64,000 bases of DNA from Paraspadella gotoi (Eukaryota > Animalia > Chaetognatha), in assembly GCA_051294375.1 (NCBI GenBank), contig CM119266.1, forward strand, positions 6,093,431 through 6,157,430, given 5' to 3'. The notes beneath the pieces were generated by a model. That model worked only from the letters and a program-made list of their open reading frames with translations, was not told where the DNA came from and ran no database searches. Of this stretch, positions 13,401 to 26,091 are shown one piece after another; within the stretch, counting starts at the first letter, position 1, and the number at the start of each line of letters is the position of its first letter. Both the position numbers and the translations under genes were made by a program.

Positions 13401-16118
13401 GAGACTTGGATCTGGAATCGGCGTTAGTTCGGTTGGAAGAGGAGCAACAGAGAGGCGCTAGTCTCGGTGTGTGTCTTTTGTTTGTTTGTTTGTTTATTTT
13501 GTTTTTATTTTTATTACAATCCCTGTCACAGCTCACGTGAATTCGATGCTGCGTGAACAACTGGACGAAGCGACGGAAGCGAATCACAGTCTCACGAGTG
13601 ATATTCAGAAGATCAGCCAAGATTGGCTCTCCACAAAGGTCTCTTTTATTAATTTATTTATTTATTTGTTTGTTTTACATACTTAATTTTTTTATTTATT
13701 ATTTATTCATTTAAATATTTATTTGTTAATTTATTGGTACATTTATTTAATATTTCATTTTAAGGAGGAATTAAAAATGAAGGAGACGGCCTGGGAGGAA
13801 GAAGAGGCTTCCTTCACAAATTATTACTCGAACGAACACAACAAACTTCTCAGCCTTTGGAAGGACGTCGTCAATTTCAGGTATTATTGTTTTTGTCTTT
13901 TGTTTTGTCTTTTTTTTTCTTTTCATGTCATTATGTTTTGTTTTAGTCTTTTGTTTTTGTGTTAATCTTTTGTTTTTATTTATTGTCTTTTGCTTTTCTC
14001 TTTAGCTTTTGTCTGTTGTTTTTGTCTTTCTTTTTTGTTTTTTGTTTTTTTTTTCTTTTCTTTGGCAAAGATTTTTTATATTTCCCAACATTCTTTCACA
14101 TTAGTGATTCGCTGTGAGGTTTTTTATTATTATTTATAAATTAACTTAAAAAAAGTCTTTATTTTCAATCTTTTCTCATTGTTTTTGTTTTCCTTCATGA
14201 GATGAAACATCCGATTTTGACTAAAGAATAAATATTATCTTGACATCTTGACCGTTGGGCGGACCTCCAGACTTCTTGATCATTGACATGACCTCTTGAC
14301 CTTCTGACCCCCACCCCCGCGTCCTTTCCAGACGCCAATACGTCGAGATGAAGACGGCGAACGAGCGCGACCTCTCGTCCGTCCGCGCGGATGTGACGCG
14401 TGCGATGAGGACGATTCACGCCGGATGCGTTAACGTGGGAATCAAGGTTGGAACGCCTCGTCGAAAATGGGGGGGCGACTGTTAAGCGGGGGTTTTGGGT
14501 GTCATATCATGTCTTTTATCATGTCAAATCATATCATGTCTCTTATATACTATCTACTATCTACCAGTCTCTTAGGAGGCGTGGGTTCGAATCCGACCAC
14601 TGCCACCACATTTAAGTATTTAGACAGGAATTTCAATATGAAACCAAAGTGGATTTTATTCTCAGATATAAGTTATGCGAAGACGGTGTGAGAATTTGAG
14701 ACAGATGGATTCAATACAAAAAACAATCAGTATTTATACAGTTCAACCGGATCATCGACACGGCCTCGTTTTCCCGATGGCATGAAGCCCCTCTTCTCAT
14801 TGGTCCATTCCGATGGTGATTCATCCAATCGGCGCGTCCTTGTTCGATTTCATCCGATTCCGTCTGCGATGATACTATCTACTAAACTACTATACTTACA
14901 TATATATAATATATTATATATAATATATACTTATATAGTGACTCTGTCTCTTATAATATTATGTCCTTTAATATATTATGAAATTGGTATAAAATTATCC
15001 ATTAATTTAATAAACAACGTGCCCCTGACTTTGGACAGGCTTGGGTGGTTTAAGCCCTCCATCACTCTTACAAGATAATGACAAAGAAGGTCCCTGCAAG
15101 TTTTCAATCAAGACTCTCTGACTCTCAGTCTTTTTTATTCACTCCCAGAGTACCTGGCTTCCCTATCAATGAAGTGACATAATATTTCAAGGAATGTGTT
15201 TTGTTCTATTGTCTCTTTTTAAACGTATTATGAATTCTATAAACCTCTTCCTTATCCCATCTCCCCAATCGCACCCCCGCCACACCCCACCCCCCCTTTC
15301 CAGACCCGCGCCTCTGACAACGAGCGATCGTCCCTCATCGGCCGCGAGACGGACTCTCGAAAGGAGGCTGAGTCTCGATTGAGAGAGAAGGAGAGAGAGA
15401 CGGAGGAAGTGAAGAGAGAATCTCAGAGCCGAGTCAGGGCTTTGGAGGAAAAGGTAAGGGAATGATTGGGTGAAGGAGAACTTACCCAAAGGGAAGGATG
15501 TTAAGGGTCAGGATAAAGATTAAATCAGGGATTTGGTTTTGGTTTTGGTTTGAAGATTACGGATGGATATGAAGTATTAAGATGAGAGATTAGGTGTAAG
15601 ATTAAACCTAAGCCTTCTCTGATCTTAGTTAAATAGGGAGCATAAGTATTAACAACTTACATGCTTTGTTCATTTTATAATGATGTCAGAAAAAAAAATC
15701 CCATATGCCTATATTTGAATTCTTAGCTGGGGTCTCCCTAGAGAATCTGCTAGAAAATCTTCCTTTTTTTTTCACCATGGTCTTTGTAAACAGGGAATGA
15801 CTCTTTCCATCGCGATTCATTAATCGATAAATTTTCTGCAATATGCACTATTAGTTTAAACTACCCCAAATTGTAAAAATATCAAGTTTTGCCGTTACAT
15901 GCAATTCTTTGATATAATAATGATTTGTAGGAGACTAAAAATAGACGGTCTCCTCAGATTTGTTATTTTTTAATTTCTCTCCCTCAGTTATCGTTGGTCG
16001 GCGCAGAATTGGAAAAACTCAAATCAGAAATTAGAAGTAAAGAAGAAAAAATCAAAAGTTTGGAGGAAATGAAATTAGAACTGGAGTCGAGAGTGGATCA
16101 TCTGGAGGTGAGAGTGAG

Positions 16119-16149
<31 letters not shown>

Positions 16150-19100
16150 TAATATTAATCATGTTATCATTTTAATCTTGATGACAGGCGGCGAAGAATT
16201 TGACTTCGGGAAAACTGGACGAAGAACAAGAAGAGAAAAAAAGTTTGGGCGACGAAAATGTCGCGTTGAAAGTGAGATTAGTTGTTGTTGTTGTTTTTCC
16301 ATTTTCATTTGGCTAATTTCTCCCATCTATTTGTATATAATTCATTCATTTTTCCCATTTATCAAATATGTACATTTATCACTTCGTTATTATCTTATCA
16401 ATTTGGCTTTTCTATTTGTCTAATTTATATTGTTATTCTATTTCTTTCATATCTAATCCAATAGTCCAATACATGTTTCTGTTCCATTTCACTTATTAAG
16501 ATGTAGTTCGCCCTTTCTTAATCATAAAATCAATTATTGAATATTAATGAGAAACCCAACCCTCATCTCAAATATTTTTATCCAATCACAACTAACTTCT
16601 CAATCTTCCTCCAATCAAAACTCAAATCCTTCACTTACCCCCAACCACCCTCCCACCCCACCCCCTCAAATCCATCCACCCCACTCTCCCCTTCAAAAGG
16701 ACGCCCTCCGCGGCATCGCCTCACTCGTTCTCTCCGACGCCGAGATTCTACCGGACGAAGACGTCGGCGTCGTCGTCGATTCGTGCGGCGTCGTTTCCGG
16801 CTTCGGCGCGGCGTCTGCTGACGACGCCGCCGCCATCTTGGCTCGCGCTGCGTCGCCAATTCGGTCGCGGCCGTCGTCGCCGACGCGGCAGCTGCACGGG
16901 CGGACGAGGAGCGACTCGCCTGGGAGGTGAGGGAAGGTTGAGGGGCGGTTGAGTAAGTTGTATCTCCGGTCTTAGGATTATACACAAAACGTAATTTCAA
17001 GTTTATTACAACAATTTATATAAAAAAAGGGACGTTTATGGATGGTTTTTTTTATAACTGAAAACTGTATATAAACTTGAACTATAAAACTATTTCAGTA
17101 ACTGTCATTACTTCAATATGCAAATGAGATTATAGCACCTAATCTCATTTCATGCTGCATGCTATAGTTATTCTTGATACCGATTTTTCTTGTCTGTTAT
17201 ATTTAAATTGAAGCTTAATTCGTAATTTCTGAATTCCGCTCGCCAGATTCCGCTCTCTCTCCCCACGCCGCACGCCCGCCTTCGTCGAGTCTACCTGCAA
17301 CGCCGTCCAATCCGCCCTCAACAAACGTCAGTTGCAGATCAGGGAACTCCGCGCCAAGTTGCTCGCCAGCAGGGACCAACAGACGCACCTCAAGAAAGCA
17401 TTGGATGATGTAAGTTAGATTTTAAAAAAGGTGAATGAGGATTGGATAAAATTGAATCATTATGGCAACAGCCGGGTTGCCTGTGATGCCCATCGAGATG
17501 GGGCATCTCACTGTTGGCTTTGGGGGCTTCCAACCCTCAGTGACGCATCCAGTCACTTGCGCGGTTACCCCCGGACGGTCTCGCTTTGCCAACGCAGAGG
17601 GATGTCGTGAGGACTGTGGATGGAACACTACGCTTGGGATGGTGTGTTCCCGTGACGTGAGGCGGTGTGAATATACCGCCACATCATAATGTTAAAAGTT
17701 TTTTATCATTAAGAGATATCGCATTAGGCCTTTTACACATTGGGTCATTTAGGTGACCCGGAATTACATGTATTTTGGTTTCTTTCTGTCAGTCTGTATC
17801 ATCTTCATAACTTCTTGAAAGTAGCCATGGTTTGATAAATGGTCCACGCATTTAAAGCGTGTTTTAAAATACATTTTAATGCTCTCAAATTTAATTATTT
17901 GTATAATAATCATTTATTATCATTTAACTGAATTAAATTTTCTTCCAGGTTGTCGGGGAGAAGCAAGATTTGATCCAACATCGTGAGACATCGAAATTAG
18001 AGGCTGAGGATTTGAAGCAGACGAAAATCAATTTGGAGAGAGAAAAGGATTTAGTGAAAGGACAATTGGCCATCGCTAATGTGGAGAAAGGGAATTTGGA
18101 GAGCGGGAGACAGGTAGAGAAGAGAAGAGAAGAGAAAGAGAAGAGAAGAGAAAAGGAACGTCAAGATTATAAAAGAAAATAAATTTACTAGGATTTAAAA
18201 GAAAACAAAGAAAGAAAAAGTTAAAAAAAATAATATAAAAAAATTTCAAGCAGAAATAAGGGGAAAAGAAGAATAAGAAATATACTAAGAAATAAAGAAG
18301 GAAAAAAGTGTAAGATAGAAAATAACATTGCAGAAAATGAATTAAAAGAAATAAATTAAAGAGAGAAGGAAAGAATAGAAAAAAAGGGGGAAAAAAGAGG
18401 AGAAGAAAGATAGAAAAAATAAATGAAAAAAATATTACTTTTAGATAAAAATTATTCAATCAATCAATCTTCCACTCAGGCGCTCCTTGACAAACTAGAA
18501 GAGATCCGCACGGAAGTGGAGCGCGTGCGGACGGCCAACTCGGAGCTCCAACGTCTCCGCGACAACTTGGAGGACGAGAAGGAGGATCTGGTGAAGGATG
18601 CGGAGAGGCGCGCCAAGGAGTTCGTCAGAAATCAGAAGACGATGCAGTGTTTAGAGGCGAAAAACTCACAGTTGAAGGTTTGGAAAGCGCTTGATCTTTT
18701 TTGGAATTAAGTTAAGTTAAGTTCGTTTTTGTAAATATCTTATATTATGAATTAAAGAAACCCTAAAAAATATATTTTACGTACAATTATTTATTTTAAA
18801 TAAAAATTTCAATGAATTTTGTTTTCTTAACGTAAGTCTTTTTGTAATTTTTTTTTCATTTCTCTTTTTTTCTCGCTAAGAATCTACATATTATTTTAGT
18901 ACTCATGAATATATTCTTAATTCGGTTTTATTTTCTTGCTTAACATTTTTCCTCTGTAAATTTTGGTTGATTTTTTATCTTCATAATGATTTCCACTTCT
19001 CTCTTCCGCTCTCTCTATTACTTAATTACTTTCAGCCTAACAATATTTGTTAACAAGATCGATGTCTGTCCTAATTCTCCAGGAGGATCTCTACAAGATG

Positions 19101-20874
19101 AAGGAAGACCTGAACCGAATCGAATTGGACAAAGAATGTGAAGAACAAGAAAAGAACGACGTTTTTAATTCTTTGAAAAAAGCGGAGATTCGAGTCTCGG
19201 AATTAGAATTGGAAGTCAGTCGATTGAATAACGAAGATGCGGGGCTGAGGTGAGAGAGAGAGAGAGAAGAGAAGAGAGAGAAAGAAGAGAAAGAGAGAGA
19301 GAGAGAGACAGTACAGATAGGACGACTGACAACGTTCAAAGGTGGAAGCTTTGCCGAGTTCGCCGGTTACAAAGACTCGGGTCTCCGTGAGCCGCTCACG
19401 AATTCGACCTTTTAAAAAAAGTTATTTTTGTTTGGTCTACGTGACAGTTTAAATCTTAAAATATGTAGAAATGTTGAAAAAAATTAATTAATGTTTATAT
19501 TTATCAGGGACGAATTGTTAAAACTTCAAACGCTTAACGAAGGACTGGGTCAAGACAAAATAGAGTTGAACAACTTTATACTTGCGTTGGAAGAGGATAA
19601 AGTTAAGGTGAAAATGGATGGGGATTGTTGAGAGTGGGGGCATAAAAATGTTGAGAGTGGAGGCATGAAAATGTTGAGAGTGGAGGTATGAAAATGTTGA
19701 GAGTGGAGGCATAAAAATGTTGAGAGTGGAGGCATGAAAATGCCGAGAGTTGAAGAATGAAAATGTTGAGTGTGGAAGAATAAGGGTATATAAAGAGAAA
19801 GAATTGGCTTTTGAGAGTGGAAGAATTTGTTTTTGAGAGTGGAAGAATTTGTTTTTGAGAGTGCAAGAATTGGAATTTTTAATGGAGAAAAACTAGAATT
19901 TTTTTACTGATAGAATTAGAATTTTGATGGTGAAAAAAATAGTGTATTGAAAGTTAAATAATAAAAATGTTGAAAGTTGAATTATAAAAATGTTGTTCAT
20001 GTGAGAATGCGTGTTAAAAGTACGTTCATATTGAAAGTCGAAGAATGTAGTATTATTTATCAATTGTTTATTGCGGTGTCGCTAAGTGGGTCAGATTTGT
20101 TTCGTCGATGGTATATTTTTTGTTTCATTTTTACTAATTGTTCAACGAAGAATATCATCTATTAAATTAAAATTAAAACATTTATTCCCCCTTTTCTCCC
20201 TTCGTCAAAAGTTATTCCAAGAAAAGTCCGAAGTTTCTCAAGATCGTGAAAAGTTTAAAGAGCGACTGACCAAATCCGAGGCGGAGAAATTAGACGCTGA
20301 GAACGAGAGAAACAAGAGGGCGCACGAGTCGGAGTTGGCGGAAGCGTCGAGGATGCAGCTGGAGGAAGAGTTAAGGATCGCTCATAGGGACAAGGCTGAG
20401 GTGAGGGGGTTGGGTGAGTCATTGGAACGGCTCTCGATGTTATTCTTAAAGGTTAAAGATGTTCAAATTTTCATTAATATTTACTATTCAGTTTAAAATC
20501 TTTTTTTACTGTTTAGTAGTATTTTTAATTAGCACAAACAAATCTGTAATTTTTTTCCCAATTTTTCATTCTTGTGTTAAGCTGTAGTTTTCAAATTATA
20601 ATCTTTTGGCAAAAAAAAAAAACATAATGCTTGACACAAAATTTTAATTGTTTCTTTTTTCCAGGCCCAAGAGTCTCTCGCCGCCCTCCAGCGGCAGAAG
20701 AAGTCGTTGACGGAAGAGTTGGCGACGACGCGCGCGGACGCCGACCGCGTGGCGACGCACCACGCGCGGTTGGGGCGAGAGAAGGAGGATCTGGCGCGCG
20801 CCAAAGCGGAAGTGGGCGTGGTCGTTGCGGCGCTGGAGGCGGAGACCCGTCAGCAGGCGGATCTGATAGCGGGT

Positions 20875-20920
<46 letters not shown>

Positions 20921-23900
20921 TTTGAAAGGTCGCGTATCCAAGGTTTCCCCCACTAAGTAGTAAAAGATTGTAATCTTTTACTAATTTAGTCTGTTATTCA
21001 GATACTTGACCAAATTCACAGAGTTTTCTGAATGCTCAAATTTGACTTAATTCACATAATAGACTGCATGCACAAGAATTGACTTAATTCACAGAATGAA
21101 TTCACCGAATTCATTCCCCCCCCAACTTATCTCTCTAGGACTCCGCGCGGACAAGGAAGGGCTCGAGACGGCCGTGTTCGAGTCTCAGCAGCGAATCTTG
21201 ACGCTGGAGAATCGAAAGGAGGCGCTGGAGGCGGAGAATCAGGAGCTGCTGCTGCGGAAGGACGGGCTGCTGGAGGACGTGCAGCGGCTGAGGTGAGGTT
21301 TATGATGTAGCGAGTCACGAAGAGGAGTTTTGAGGAAAGTCTTAACTCTTTAACTATTTAATTTGGTTTGTTGCAAAAAAAGTTGGCTCTTTTAACCTAA
21401 CCTTTTCTTTGAGACAATTAATTTAAAAATATAACAACAGAAACAGTGAAATAATGTTTCTCATCCTAAATTCTGAAATAGTTTTAAAATTACTCTGATA
21501 TTTACAATATTTATAAACATTAAATTAATTTTTATTCCTTTATTCCAAATCGAGTCAGTCTGTAAGAGGCGTTTCATCTTGTCCTTTCACAATGACCTTT
21601 TGTTTTCCCCAGATTCCAACTCGAATCGGACAACGAGAGAAAAGAGAGAGAGAAAGAGACGTTGATCGAAAAATCTGAGAAAGACAATCAAGAGAATCAA
21701 ATTCGGCTGCAGCAGGCGAGGCAGACGCACGAGGAGGACGTGGAGAAACTTACCCAAGAAAAGATTGAGTTGAGGTAAGGCCTCGAGGGTCTTGGATTCG
21801 ATGGCAGCGTTGAGAGTAAGTTTAATTTCTTACTTTTTTTTAACTTCAGATCGCAACTGGAGAAAGCGAGGGACGAAGCTATTTATAGATTGGAGGTGGA
21901 GAAAGAAGAGCTCAACGGAAAATATAATCAAGAGAAGGTAAGTTGGTAAATTAGGTAAGAAGGTTTATTTAAATTTAATTAAATCAGTCGCGAATAACTT
22001 TTTACGAACTGCAATATCTTTAATTGATTAATGTTATTATTATGGTTTTTGTTATCTTATTAAGTTAATATAATTTGTCCTTTTAAGCAATCGCAAATAA
22101 TTTTTCTAGACTGCTTCATATTTTATTTGCTTGTAATTATTTGCTTATCAAGTTATTTCTTTTTTCCCCCAGGAGGAGCTCAACAACGAAATCCTTCGCC
22201 TCCAGAAAGAAAGAGACGATTGTCTTTTGTTGGCGGAAAACGAGAAACAGCAGCGCCTCTCGCAGGCGCAAGCGGACAAGGCCGCCATCTTGGAAAAAGT
22301 CTCCGTCGCCAACAATCAACTCGGGTGAGAATATGAGAATTTATGAACAGTGAATTCATACCAAATTTCAAACATATATGAGGAAAAACATTAACAAATG
22401 CGATATAATGCCTATTTAATTGTTTATAATAACAAACAACATTTTACAGGGAAACTCGCGTCGAATTGGATAAAGCGAAGCGAGAAGCGGAAATGGAAAG
22501 AGAAGCGAGCAAAGAAAAGATTCACGCTTTAAACACAGAAATCCAAAACAACAGGTTTTCATCCTTTCTTTAAAAGATTAAAAATTGGATTAATAGGCTG
22601 CGTTGGTCTCTTGATATCTAAATATCCATCCATCGATCCAACTATCCACACTTCCATCTGTCCATTTATTTTTTTATCACTTTATCCATTTCATCCGTCC
22701 ATTCTTCAATCCATCTATTAATCCATCCATTCAGAAAACCATCCATCCATTTATCAATCCACTCATTGATTAATCCCTCCCTCCTTCCGATCCATATTCA
22801 TTTAACTCATCCATCTATTTGACTGTCCATATATTTATTCATCCATTATGGCAACAGCCGAGTTGCCTGTGATGCCCATTGGGATGGGGCATCTCACTGT
22901 TGGCTTTGGGGGCTTCCGACCCTCAGTGACGCATCCAGTCACTGGCGCGGTTACCCTAGGACGGTCTCGCTTTGCCAACGCAGAGGGAAGTCGTTAGGAC
23001 TGTGGATGGAACACTACGCCTGGGATGGTGTGTTCCCCCTCTGAGCCAATGGATTTGGCTGAACGATGGTGGTCGTGAGGCGGTGTGAATATACCGCCAC
23101 ACCATCCTATATAATCGTTCATTAGTTTAACAATCTATAAATCCATCCATCTATTGATCCATCCTTGGGTCCATTCCTTCATCTATTCATCGAACCCATC
23201 CATTTAATACATCTATTAATCCATCCAAACACCTATTAATCCATTCATACATCTATTAATCCATCCATACATCTATTAATACATCCATACATCTATTAAT
23301 CCATCCGATCCAGATCAGCGTTCGAGGCCTCGACTCTCGCTCAAGAGAAGGAAGTCAAGGAGGCGGAGAATCGCGTCGTGGAGTGGAGACAGAAGAAGGA
23401 ACAGGTCGACCACGAGCTCGCCGAGTGCAAGGTCGGAATAAGAATAATTTTATTAGATATAGCTTTAGAATTTTTAATTTAAAATAAACACTCAATTACT
23501 AAGTACTGAATCGTGGCGAATCAGTCGACCCCGAAACTAAATATTTTGTAAAACGTAGGTTTGAGACGATTTCCTTGTAGATTTTATCTCAGTATCCAAC
23601 ATACAAATAGGATTTAAGTGTCTACTCAAATATTTAGCTACAAAATAAATTTTCTTTAAAAATTAAACAAAATTAATGTTAAAAAGATTTTGAAGGCGTC
23701 CAGGAAGAAGATGATTTTAAAAGTTAAAAAAATAGTAACATTCTGCAATGATCTGCATTGATGTCATTGTAAGGTTACAACAGAATGTCTAGCAGCAAAA
23801 GCTATTCATGCGCTTGTCCTCAAATCTTCAAATCTCCATAACGATTCATCTTCAAACGTTCGTTGCCCAATGCACAGAAGTCCATTGCCCATTTGTCCAT

Positions 23901-26011
23901 CAAAATCCCAATTTTCAATCAGGTCCAACTGAAAATCTGCGAAGAGTCACGTGATTCTCAAAAACGCGACGCCGTCGACGCCAACCGGAAGTTGAAGGAG
24001 GCGGAGGAGATGCAGGATCGGATGAGGAAAGAGTTGATGGATTTGAAGAGGTGGGCCGATTTAGAGGGTGTAGCCCGGGGTGTTTGTGGGAATTGGGCGT
24101 GACTGAAAGGACTCCCCTTTGGTTTCAGGTCTTTGAAGGACGAGGTGCTCGAGAAGGAAGCCGGACAAAAGGCTAACGAATCGCTCAGGTGAATTATCGT
24201 TATTTTATTGATTTTTCAAAATTATTTTCTCAATTTAATTGGGCGTTAATTTTGTAATAATTTAAAGTCATTACATTATCTATCAACCTGAATTGATTAT
24301 TGATTATCTTAATTGAGCTAGTGTGGTATTTAATCCTCAGATGGTTAATCTTATCAAACAATCCTCTTCCTTAGGGCAAAAATCAAAACAAGCGAGGGCG
24401 AGCGCAACGACCTCTCTCGTCAATTTTCCGAAGCCAAACAAAAGATCCAAGTCTTGGAAGAGATGCGCGGAGCCCTCCAGCGGGAAAACGCGGAACTCCG
24501 GACGAGTCTGCGGGACGTGGAGAAGTCGCGGTTGGAGGCGCGGCGGGAGCTGCAGGAGCTGCGGCGGCAGGTGTAATGGGCAGTTTTTATTAAAGGATGT
24601 CACGACTTGATGCAGAATCGAACAAATTATGATTGTCAATGGAATACTGGACAATTCTTGTATGTTTTTAAGCTTAAGTTTTTAAGCACATACCACATAC
24701 AGTATCATGTTATCATGGGCGCGCTGACTTCCAATAAAGTACACATACACTGGCTATAACAATAATAAACAAAAGAAAAAAGAGTTAATTAAAAGGATTA
24801 AAATTTACGAGTGTCAATATCGATAATCAATTAAAATTAGTAGAATTTAAATTAATGATTTAATAATTAACAAAAAGTTGCAAACTCGCCTAGTTGATTT
24901 TTCAAAAGTTTAACTTCAGGTAGAATAAAGTTAGTTAAAGTTATTTGAAGAAAAGTTTTAACTTTAATTGTCACACAACCAGGTGAAGCAGCTGGAAGGC
25001 GAGGGACAAAAGAAGTCGGCCGAAGTGATCGAACTTCAAGATCGAGTCAAAAGAGACGAAGATCGAGAAGAAGAAAAGAGAAAAGAAAATTTCGGACTCA
25101 GACAAAAGATCGTGGAAGCGGAAGCGGGAAAGGAGGCCGTCAAGAAAGAACTTACCAATTTGCAGGTTTATTGGGTCGGGGGTTTTAAGGGGAGGTGAGG
25201 GTCTGGGGTAAGTTTAGGGGTGAAGGTTTGAGGTAAGTGCCATGACGAAGCTTGCCGGGGTGAGGTTTTAGTTCTTTGGATGAGGATTTGGATCATATCA
25301 ATTTTTGTTTTTTTGAAAAAGAAGCTTTAATAAAAAAAAATTGAAATGAAAAGAGTAGAAATAATAGGTTGGTAATTTTTTGTTAATTCCAACAGCTATT
25401 ATTGTGGGTTTTGGTGAGTATACAATTTTTGCCTTTTGCTTTTTGGGGTTTTTAATCTGTCTTGAGTATAATAAGTAAGAAATACTTCATAATTCTTGAG
25501 ATTTCACTTAATTTTTTTTTTTTTTTTTTGCTTATTTTTAAATGTCACCAACCGTTGATTTCATGCTTTTTAGACACAAGCACCAAAGTTAAATTTGACG
25601 AGAAAAATTGAAGCATGAATAATCATCAACACTTTTTGTCAATGTATAAAAATATTAAGGAAAAGGTAAGGCTCAGCATATTGTATAACTTCGTCATTAT
25701 GATTCGGAAGCAAGTGTCAAGAAATCATCGCCATTCTATAAAAGATTTGGGCCTTAAAATCTTTTAATAATCTTTGAATAACGAAATGTTGCAGGTCTCG
25801 TTTCCAATAAAGACAAGAAAATAAGCTTATCATTTTATAGATATGGGAATTGAATAACAATAATTAAGTTATTCGTAGTTTTTCTCTCTCGATCATATTT
25901 TTCTTCTTTTGAATTTTTCTGCTGTAAAATTATTCGATTGGCGGCCACTTTTTATAGCGAAATGAGTCCGTAATTACGTTATGCAAATTGATTGAGAGAG
26001 AGAGAGAGAGA

Positions 26012-26091
<80 letters not shown>

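Noticed and set aside
15010-15065. GGGTGGTTTAAGCCC in family C as a twister P4
   Set aside because: The loop is too long, and the second copy (59838-59900) breaks the motif.
17461-17683. Families A and B as tRNA-SINEs, Cryptons (TATGG ends) or Helitrons
   Set aside because: No A/B boxes or tail, variable 4-bp TSDs, and a PPT before a family-B copy all point to integrase-type LTR insertion.
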